A DNA stretch of 64,000 nt. Origin: Schizochytrium sp. TIO01 (lineage: Eukaryota > Protista > Bigyra: Labyrinthulomycetes). The position numbers were made by a program, and so were the translations under genes. Within the stretch, counting starts at the first letter, position 1, and every line of letters begins with the position of its first letter. Shown one piece after another: positions 11,101 through 21,510 of this stretch. The stretch is from NCBI GenBank assembly GCA_004764695.1, contig SMSO01000025.1, positions 4,690,862 to 4,754,861 of the forward strand, in the 5' to 3' direction. A model generated the notes under the pieces. It saw only the letters and a list, made by a program, of their open reading frames with translations, was not told the DNA's origin and searched no databases.

Positions 11101-12969
11101 TCCCTCAAGATTATCGAGAAATACATGCACGCGCGTTCTCCCTACGCCGCGAAGGTAGGCGTGTGGGTCTCTGTCTCAATGGTTTCTTGAAGGCACTCTG
11201 GCCGCCCGCAGAGTGGGTTTGCAACGGGGGTTCACCAACATCAACCCGGAGCGTATGCCGTTCCGCTGATAAAGTCTCTGCCAAGATGGACATTTACCCA
11301 GTTGGTCCCATTTGGTTTGCTGCGACTTCTTCTCCTTCTTCTTCGAGTAATCGTTCCTGATGGCCGTCAGGCCTTAGGCGTCTTCTGATCAAGCAGGAAG
11401 GGGCGCTCTCGCTTCTCGAGCAGTGCGAGTCGAAGGATCCGCGACATCGGAATTGTGGAAAGATAATAAAAAAACAAATAAACAAACATACAAACAAACA
11501 AATCGAACCCAATGAATGAATAAATGAATGAATAAATGAATGAATAACCAAACAAACAAACAAACAAACAAACTCAGAAAAATCTGGAGACTCTTCTGTT
11601 GATTGATACTCTCTCTCTCAGACAGAATGCTCGAGGCAAAGTAAAGTCTATCTGGGGCTACGGCCACTGGTACTGTTAGATCTCTCTGCATGAACAGTTG
11701 TTCAATCAAGTGCTCCTCAAACACCAAAGAATTAGACTTAAAAAGAAAACGCAGCAAGTTTTACTTTCGAGTAAATAGTACACTACGAAAAAAAAGAAAA
11801 AAAGAACAACAACAAGAATAAACTCAGTAAGTAAGAAGATATCATTTTAAAACATTATAATTAATTTAAAAAAAAAACGTTAAAAAAAAATTAAAAACCA
11901 ACTAACTTGGCAGGTAGTGCTAAAAGCGTTTCAACCATAAAAGAACAGTTATATTTTAATTAAAAACAAAAGGATAAAACCACGAGCGTTTCCAAAAGCT
12001 ATACATTGCTCAATCTAGAACAGCCGCGTGTCGTGAGACTTTGTGAACGAAGTTGCCGAAATCGTTGCTCAGCAGCCACAGAAGAGATAAGACCATCGAT
12101 ACGGCGGCGTTCAGAAGAAGCCTTTTCTACACAGCTTTTCGAATGAAACAACCTTTCATTCTCACTCTTTTCTTATCTCACTCAGACGTGCTTCTTGAGC
12201 GATTCTCTTTGCTGGCTCTGACTCGGATCGAGGCGCACTTCACACTTTGTGGGGCGATTGTGTGGTGTGGGTCACGGGCATTCATCCAAAAGTGTGGAGG
12301 TTCACATGTGGTGTGTCCCTCGATATTCACCCACAGCAGGTGAGAGGCTTTTATTAAAAAAAAAAAAAGAATAACAGAAAAAAAAAAAAAAAAAAAACAC
12401 AGATCAACTATTTAACCGTTCCTTTTAGTTTAGTTGAAAAAAGTTTTTCTTGTTTTGCTTTTGAAAATGCCCTAGTGCCGTTCGCTACCTAATCCGGAAT
12501 ATAATTCTGGTGCCAAATACTGTCTCTTCTTATGTTGTCTGAGGGCATATTTACATTTCATTTTAGTTTCTTCCCAGTGCTGTTTTTCTGACAAAAGCAC
12601 CAAGCTTCCTGTACAACACAACGTTCTGGGTAAAAAGCGCAGCACTCCAATTTTCTTTTCCTCTGCTAATATCTACACATATTTATTTTGCGTTCATTGA
12701 AAAAGGCTATCCTAAAGAAAAGGGAATCTCATAAAATTTTCGTTTCGTCTCTCCATGCCAGCTTCTTCTTTTTCGAGGATTCTAACATACAACCGTGACG
12801 TATGCTTTAAATTAATTTTAAAAAAAGAAAAGTTAAAAAGTCTAAAAGCAAGATGCATCTAAGCAAATAAAGAAGAAGTTGTAAGCAGAAAACAAAGTAG
12901 GAAGTAAAAGGTGTGTTTAGTTAGCACCATCAATCACGGGTCTTGATGCCATGGCCCCTGACAACGACG

Positions 12970-13115
12970 GATAAGTAACTAACTAACTAAGTAAGTAAGT
13001 ACTTACTAAGTACTTGAGTAAGTAGATAAGTGAGACAAGTAAGTAAGTCAGTCAGTCAGTGATCGAGTAAGTAGATAAGTAAGTAGATAAGTGAGAAAGT
13101 AAGCAAAGTAAGTAT
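12970..13115. repeat. Degenerate period-4 array (AAGT/AACT/CAGT/AGAT)
   Basis: Visible directly in the sequence. Confidence 0.85.
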
Positions 13116-13898
13116 CCTTCACTCCCATCAAAAGTTTTCTTCTCCAATCGTTGCCCTCTTTTCGTATTCAACTCTATTCCGTCGACGTAGAGTGCGTATC
13201 GCCTGCTACTTTAATTTTTTATTATTTATTTTTTATTTAAAAAGATTAAAAAAAATAGAAAAAGTAGAGAGATGTCATTATCGATTATGGTATATCGAGG
13301 CAAATCATAGAGGAGGCTCTCAGATCGAAGAGCAGTGGACTTTTCAAAGAGAATGCTTTAGGATGGCTCGTCGGAAGTCGAAGCACTAACTGACTGACTG
13401 CGAGTTGACGCGTGGCCTCGTGGTAGGGAGGGCCTAGGAAGGAAGTACGCAGGCGAAACAAACGAGACAATATCACGATGGGTTTTCACATCTCGAATAC
13501 CCGCGGTGTAATCATTTCCAAAGACTTATTTACTTGAGATTTGAGGTCTCCGGGATACCTACCTCCGGTGCGACTCGAGCTTTGGAAGCGTTGTGGAAAG
13601 CGATTCGCACCGCACCTGCTCTGGAATGAAGCAGCCATTGATTGGTAAGTAAGTAAGTAGGTGGAGGAGATTCATGAGGAGATTTCAATCATGGGCTGGA
13701 TTGATTGATGATCGCTGTTTCTCCGTCTGGCGTTATGAATCAGGAAACAGTGATCCCCGAGGATCAGGATTTCTAAGGATGCGCTTGACTCGCTTCGCGA
13801 GAAGCACCGACGATAGATTTGCTTTTACTCCGCTCGCGCTTGATGGTCTCCAGGTGCCATAATTAGAATCACACATCTCCAACAAGCTGTCGAGCGTA

Positions 13899-13957
13899 CA
13901 AGCCAAGCCAAGCCAAGCCAAGCCAAGCCAAGCCAAGCCAAGCCAAGCCAAGCCAAG
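13899..13957. repeat. (AGCCA)n pentanucleotide microsatellite, 11 copies
   Basis: Perfect tandem repeat. Confidence 0.97.
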
Positions 13958-14084
13958 GTTTCGTCAATTTATCTAAACTGACCTACAAGTGCAACGGCAA
14001 AGATTTTTTTTGAGAACGCTATTTCCTTCAGATTAATTAGTACAGGTCTTTCTCAGAGACTTAGATCGGTTTGGAAATCTTAAT

Positions 14085-14149
14085 TGGATTGGAAACCTCA
14101 ACGGTTTGGAGATCTGGATTGGAAACCTCAACGGTTTGGAGATCTGGAT
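14085..14149. repeat. 30-bp tandem duplication TGGATTGGAAACCTCAACGGTTTGGAGATC x2
   Basis: Exact copies at 14085-14114 and 14115-14144, plus a degenerate partial copy upstream. Confidence 0.92.
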
Positions 14150-17100
14150 CGTAGGTTTTACTCAGAAACTTGCCTTAAGTCGCGACGCAGGTTTTAGAGT
14201 TTATACGCACAATGATCCAATGTATCAACATCCTTGTTAAAGCAGTCAGTATCTTGGACCAGTATCTTTAATGGGCTCAGTGGCATCTTGGGTTTCGGAC
14301 AGCTTCAAGTCGAATTGCAGAGCTGGCCGCCGTCTTGAGATCTTTCAGCAGGGCTCCCGGCGGTTTTCAGATCTTTCAGTACGCTTCATTGTCGATCGCG
14401 GATCTCAGAGTATGAGTAAGAAACCGTCAGAGCTTCGCCAATAAGCCTCTCGATGTCCATGGTGGAGTCTAAAACCTTGGCCAACTGCAGAAAAGCAGAG
14501 AATTACAGCGAAGCAGCAGGCTTAGCCGTATTGCCAATTGAGGATTTTTGCGTCACCTTTTGGGCGCGGGTCTTCGTCGGTCAGGCGGCTGTGTCTCTTG
14601 AGTGCATTCGCACGCTTCGATCGCAAATATCGAGTTCCGTTTATCCAAATGGATTCCCCCAAACCTCATGCGTGCATGGATTGCATTGCTTCTTTCAAGA
14701 GTGGGTGAGTGTGCACTCTGCTTATTCATAGTATACAACGCCCATCATAAACGAATGCCTTTTCGACGCCTGCGCAGCGAAGAAGGTCCATCGCATGGAG
14801 CCATGGCTGCTGCAAGCAAGCTTGAAGGTGCGGTAGCTCAGGCGGAAGCACACAAGCAGCAAGCTCGCAGCCGGATCCTTTCGATTGGCGTTTTCCTGAC
14901 CCAACTCGCAGGTTCGTTTTCCAGGGCTGATCAATCGCCCAGAACTTTCGAATACACGCAAAGCTCGGGAGCCCGTCACAGGGTCTCGCTCGGCTCCTAC
15001 TCCGCCAGGCGTCGTTCGAGAGGCCTGGGACTTTGGTCTCCTTTCCACACGCAGAGTATGCTGCTGATCTCAGCAGTTCTCCGTCGTGGTCATTCAGTCA
15101 GACCATCGTTGATTGATAGAAGAAAATAGGCTGCTCGAGCTTTTTGCAGAACTAGTATCGTCCTGCAGATTCCGAACTGAGCAAGTTGGCCGTTGGCTGT
15201 AGCTAGAGCCATAGAGGCTGGAGTGGCCGTCGCTCTCTCTCGTGGATCTGCTGTCGATCTGTCGAGCTCCTCGCGGCGCGCGATCACGAGCTTTGCGGCA
15301 CTCCACATTCTGCGCTCACGAATGATAGAACTCAGCTCATAGTTAATCAATGGCTTTGTTTTTTCAATGACTTCTATTATTATTATTATTGTTGTTATTA
15401 ATTAACCATAATTAGCAATAATTAAAGAAAAACAACAGCACAAAAAGCAATCATTCCAAAGGAATTCAATGCAGAGAGTTGTTTGTAAAGACTTCTGATG
15501 TCCTTCGCATGAATCAACAGAGGCGAGCGAGCTGACCCACAAAGCGAAGAGAGCCCTGGCTTGCACTGCGATACCTCTTCACTGTCGATTGGCACTCCGG
15601 GTTCGGTACCATCGATCACAGAACTCTCCTTCTTCAAGGTCGAGCATTTCATTATCACCATCTAGATATCAACTAAAGTTAACTTTCATCGCTATCTTCT
15701 TCTCAGAAACCTCGTACATACACAATATAGTTTTAATTAATTAATCAATCAATGACTTACATAAATGAATAAATAAAAATTAGCGCCTAATGGAAAGACT
15801 TTCTTCGAGCATCGCAAAAGGATACTGAGAAAAAGGGCTTTCATTGAGGAAAGAAAGCAAAGACGCAGTTACAATATCAGCAGAAAGAACACAATACTTA
15901 ATTGCCCACTGACTTACCTACTTACTTACTGCCTTACTTAGCTAACCAATCAGCTAGCTAACTGACAAACTAATAACCGACTGAATAACTGACTAGCTAA
16001 AAGATTGAAAACTCCTCGTTTGGCGTGCGCAAGATGGCGCCACGGGTATCCATCTTGGCTCGATTTTGGAGCTCACAGCAGGAGCGTGCGCCCAAGCGCT
16101 CACTCAGGCCTCCAGTCCAAGCTCGAGCCCTCCCTCCCTCCTCGGCAGAGGCCACGGGCCTTTTGCTCGCTCGCCGCTGTTCTATATCAAGGTCACGGCT
16201 GCTGCCTTTGCTTTCAATCGCTCTTGATCTCGCACAGAATTTGATTTGAAAGCTCGTCGCTGTATATCCAATAATTAATGAATTGGTTAATAATTAGTGA
16301 ATTAGTTAATAATTAGTGAATTAGTTAATTGGTAATAATAGTAATACTGGTAGGAACAATAATACTACTCAGTTATCAAACAAAAAGAAAGAATGCATCA
16401 AAAATAACAATTATTATTAAGATTGTCATGCCTTTTCAAGGCGGTTTTTCTTTTATATATGTTTAGAGTGAAGGCAAGCTGAAGAAAATACCAGGAGGAG
16501 GAAGGCTCCTTTTTATTTACTTGCGCTAACTTCCTTAGTAACTTACAGAAGCCGCGGCACAGCCTCATCGCCCTCGCTCAAAACAGCGTCGAGGTCAGTC
16601 TGATAGTCTGATGGGTGATGAGTTAGTTCATGAGTGAATTAATTCATTCACGTCGCAGGAATTCATGAATTCATTCACTTCGCAGGAATTTATGGTACTG
16701 TAGTGACTCTGAGGCAGTGCAGAATGCGAGAAAAGTACACAATTGTACCGACGCGTCGCAGTTATTCGTTGATTTGTTGATTTGTTGATCTCTTTGCAGA
16801 AGGTTACGTATTCTGCAGGACGTACGCCAAAGCGGGTATTGGTCGATCTCGGCAGAGATAATTTGCTCGACGTTGAGAAGAATTCCGAGTGTGAGCCAAA
16901 AGCAGCAGAAGCTGCCTCGAAGGGAACCAGGCTTCACCTCAAATTCTTCTCAGCCCGATCCAAAGCAAGAAATCCTAATGGCAAAGGCAAAGAAAGGCAC
17001 AAACGAACAAACAAAGAAACAAAACAACAAAGAAACAAAGAAACAAACAAAGGCGCTTCCCAGGAAAGCAAATCTATCTCAAGATCAGCTCCAACATGAG

Positions 17101-17809
17101 ATTTGCAGCCTATTGCATGTCATGAGCTTTCTTTCACCAGGCCTCTTTATTCGCGCAGCCTTCGATGAGAATAAATAAATGAATGAATGAATGAATGAAT
17201 GAATAAACGAATGAATGAGTCAGTGAGTGAGTTTTAAGGGCGGCTTTTCAGGTGAAGCAGCGTTCTTTACAGTCTTAACATTCATTGGCGTGGCGTGATG
17301 CCATGAAACTCAGAAGAGGCCCGAAGGCACCTTGGAATGAGTGCGGAACTGTAAACAGCGAGCGCAGAATCATCCGAGGTTTCCTTCATTCAGCCTGACG
17401 TATCGTCACAGCACCATGCGTGTCAAAAGAAATCAGAGCACTTGATGCGTCTGTTTATTTATTTGCATTAATGATTAGCGGAGGCGCAACGGAAATACAG
17501 AAAAGTCGAACCTCAAGTTCGCTTGAGCTTTTTTCTGACTGACCGAATGTTTGACAAGTTTCCATGACTTCGTGCTATTATGCGACGGTAACGGTGCTCT
17601 AATGCACCCGGAAAACTAGGACCGGCCTGACTAAGGGTGGTTCTCGCAAACCGCAATCTATCGTGGACATGGAATCCTTGTTCGCCAGATTCCCTTGATT
17701 GTAGGAGCGTAAGAAGAGAGAGCTTCGTTTGTTCTGAAAAGAACGAGGTCGACCCAAGTCTAAAAGGTATGTAGCGGTGAGAAAAGAATCAAGTTTCCTA
17801 TGTTTCAAG

Positions 17810-18012
17810 TTGTTTGTTTGTTTGTTTGTTTGTTTGTTTGTTTGTTTGTTTGTTTGTTTGTTTGTTTGTTTGTTTGTTTGTTTGTTTGTTTGTTTGTTTG
17901 TTTGTTTGTTTGTTTGTTTGTTTGTTTGTTTGTTTGTTTGTTTGTTTGTTTGTTTGTTTGTTTGTTTGTTTGTTTGTTTGTTTGTTTGTTTGTTTGTTTG
18001 TTTGTTTGTTTG
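17810..18012. repeat. (TTTG)n microsatellite, ~50 copies
   Basis: Perfect tandem repeat; it is the source of the spurious FVCL/NKQT ORFs. Confidence 0.98.
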
Positions 18013-19584
18013 ATTGATTGTACAATTGATTGTACAATTGATTGATCGACTGATCGACTGATCGACTGAATGATAGATATATCATATAAATAGTTTCAAT
18101 GGAGTTAGGATACGTTCGAATAAAGCGCTCCGCTCATCTTCTATGGTCGTGTATATACTTATTTACTATCTTACATCCTCTCACAGTGACTATTTTGCGA
18201 AATTTAGTTCTAAAAATTATAGAGTTTTAGTTCCAGGACGAGTTTGAAAGAGAGAGATTCTAAAGGCGCCCATGGATACCTGGGACTGAAAAGGCTCGGA
18301 AAAGGGTCCACAGGCAAAGGCTCCGCAACTTAGATCTCTCGCATAAGCGAAAGCACCGGCGGAAGTATGGTCACTCATCCTTTTCGTTCCGCCGTTTGCG
18401 ATATTTGTTTGGCCTTCGCCACTTTGAGACAGCCGTGCGCCTCACAGTATCGATCGTCGTTGGTAGTTGTCCAAGGAGGTTAAGAATCCTTACTTACTTA
18501 CTTACATACTTAACTTGATCCAATCTTTCTTTCAATAACTTTGTATAACAAGAAAGGGCAAAGTAACTATTTTATTTTTCAATTCAATTAAAAAAAAAGT
18601 ACACAATAAGTTAAAACCTTTTCTTTTTAGCTTCAATAGTAGAATAAATAAAATTCATAACTTGTTTTGAAAATAAAATGAATCAAAAACAGAAAATTAA
18701 ACCAAATTAAACATTAAACATTTTAAAACAAAGCAAACACAACCATTCTTTCCAAAAATAAATTACTAAACGACTGTTCCTACGTGAGAAAGAACTAATT
18801 AAGGTGTGCCTATCAAAAATACTAGGCCTGGCCTGGCTCAGAGAAAAACAAAGCGGCGCAATTAAAAAAAAGACAGAAAACTTAAAAGAAAGAAAGAAAG
18901 AAAGAAAGCTTAAAAGAAAGAAAGAAAGGTCCCATCGCCTTCTTTCTGTGTGATCAGAGCGATTGGAGACAATCTTGCTTCGCCAAAAGTCCGGCCAGGC
19001 AGCGGCAGGAAACTCGAGCCACTCCACTCCACCACTCCTCGCAGCGGCTGCGACGGGCGCCAAAGCCTCGCAGGAAGCCCTGGGCCGGAGGCCGGGCAGC
19101 CCTCAGAGTGCCACCGAGCGCCAGCGACCTCTGCGGCAATTGCGGCAGACAGACTGAGAAGGAGGAGAGAGTGGCCCCTTGCTAGCTACTCAGAGATAGC
19201 TAGGTGCTAGGGCTTCTAGGACACGGCTAGACAGGCGGCTAGCGCACCCTCCTTTGGAATGTTTCTTTCTTTGATTGATGTATTTGATCGATGTGTTGAT
19301 GTACTGATTGATGTATTGATGTATTGATGTATGGGTTGATTGATTGTTTGTGTGTTAAATTGAATGATTGTTAGTTCGTTTGTTTGTTTGTTTTCGTGCG
19401 TCTTTCTTCAAAGAAGTTGGTTGATGTCGCTAACTTTGTCCCAGGGTAAATAAGTAGGCAGCTTGGAAGGGCCTAGCTACTGCTACAGGTGCCGAGACGC
19501 AGAAGACGTCAAGGCGGAATCTTCAAGACTTGGATGGTTGGTTGATTACTTCATTCATTCATTTATTCATTTATTGGATCAATC

Positions 19585-19625
19585 ACCCACCCACTCACTC
19601 ACTCACTCACTCACTCACTCATGTA

Positions 19626-19656
<31 letters not shown>
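19585..19656. repeat. Compound (CACT)n/(GCGT)n microsatellite
   Basis: Visible directly in the sequence. Confidence 0.9.
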
Positions 19657-20649
19657 TTGCTCGAGATTTCTCTGCAGGCAGGCCATCGATTTAGCTCTGT
19701 CTTTGACCACAGCGAGCGATATATTGGGGTTTCATCTTCAGCTTTGCTGGGCCTAAAAGTACCCTCAAAAAAACAAAAGAAAAAAAAGAGCGAGGGAGAA
19801 AGGAGAGGAAAAGAGGCGCCATCTTGGATCCGCCATTTTTTTACTATGCCTCTCGACCGCTAGGCTTTCTCAGTCAGCGAGGGCTTTGCTTCATTCACTC
19901 GCCGCCTCTGCGGCTGCGAGGCAGACGGAAGGAAGGCGCTCTATGAACTAACTCTCTTGTGCATGAAAGGCATGGCTTCCGTTAAGTGGGCTTGGCTACA
20001 GCACGGCTTGGCATCGTCAAAACAAGCAGAACAAGCAAACTCACGAACCGAACTGAGACTTTCTAACGATGATCGCTGCTGTTGTAGGTATCTATTTACT
20101 TACGTACTACCAAGTGCAAAGTGATGATTATTCTTAGTTGTTCTTATTTATTTGTTCAAGCATTTTTGGTTTATTTTAAGATTAATTGTAATTGAAAGAA
20201 AGAGAATTCTATTCATATTTTATATTCATGATCTTCACCACTCTTCGAGTTATTTTATCTAACTTGAAAGAAAAAATTAAAAAAAAGAAACTTCTGTCCG
20301 TGAATGAAGCGCCAAGAATTACTATAAATTCGAGTTTCCTTTCGCACAAAATTAGAAGAGATTGCCGGGCGCAAAGAAAAACAAATCAACTCGCTACTGA
20401 AGCTTTTCTACCTTTGCTACTGTTTCGAAGGTCAAGTGGCTGACCGGCCTTTCTGTTCTTCCTACGGGAGCGGTTCTCAAACCGCCGTGCGACCTCGATC
20501 GTAGGTACAGGTGCTTGATGAACCTAAATGCAGAATCAGTGTCTTTTCTCGACGGCCTTCCTGTGAACGCACTCCCTCCTGGTAGTAACTAATGCCAAAC
20601 TAATGAATGAATGACTGAATCAATCAGTCAGTCAATCGTGTTGTTTGTC

Positions 20650-21510
20650 TCCCATTGATAAACTAAATGAACGGCATGATATCTCTAAGATCCTTGAATA
20701 CCCGAAAATGCGAGTCACTTTCAAATATGGCGGAGGCGAAGAAACCAAAGCATCTGATTAACTAAAACTGGAAACCTGAAGACAGTTTGCAGTCATGCTT
20801 GCGTACAGGTCACTTAGCGGCCGGAACAGCTCTTCAGACGATAGCCTGAAGTAGTTGAAGAGGTCATTCAGCTGCCTAGATTACGTACGATGGCTCCCAG
20901 TCTATTTCAAAATGGAAAATCATTTCGAGCAATTCCATATGAGAAACAGGTTTGACCCCTATCCATGATAAGTCTCTAGGCGCGAATAAGTCAAGTCATG
21001 CCTGCGTGCCTATGCGACTGGCAGCATGGATGGCATCATTATCAATTGGCAATACATGCTTCTCTTATGACTGTCCGAAACACAGGCGAAGTCATCAGCT
21101 CTGTGTAGCTTGCGATACCTTCTAAACATGGTATCTGCCATAGCAAGGAATGTCTCTGCAAGGTCTCGCTTAACAAAAAATGCAATGTCAAGGAAATGAA
21201 ACTTTCAGAATTTGTGGGCTAAGTTAGAATGACGTTCCTAGTTTGATAATGATGATTTCAACGCAAAACTCATCGTAGTATCTAGTTGACCTTTTCTTGT
21301 GCACAATAAGTGAATTCCTTTGCTTACGTGAGTCCTTTTGCAGTCTTCCCAAGACCAAGCTCGAGATTACTTTGCAATTATTCGAAAACCATTCTACTCC
21401 CACTGATTACACACAAACAAAGACTTCTTTGAAACTAGGTTTGAGCAACAAATGTGCTTCAAGTCCTACAAATCTTGCCAAGGAAATTACGAAACAATCA
21501 CTTAAATCTA
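20650..21510 (-). mobile_element. Fossil hAT-superfamily DNA transposase fragment (pseudogenised)
   Basis: Allowing stops and frameshifts, the minus strand gives in hAT order: LARFVGLEAHLLLKPSFKEVF; RNVILT*PTNSESFISLTLHFL (SFISLTLHF at 21203-21177, like the SxTxH segment after the first catalytic Asp); IDND (TDN-like second Asp); TCF/SH (CxxH); RQLNDLFNYFRLSS; IRC (degenerate TRW). No TIRs were identified. Confidence 0.62.

Noticed and set aside
14085-14149. 30-bp repeat as a CRISPR-like array
   Set aside because: Two directly adjacent copies, no spacers, no cas genes, eukaryotic context.
17777-18085. ORFs of FVCL/NKQT repeats (likewise the KERK, FLSF, HSFI and LAWLG ORFs elsewhere in the desert)
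   Set aside because: These are translations of stop-free microsatellites, not genes.
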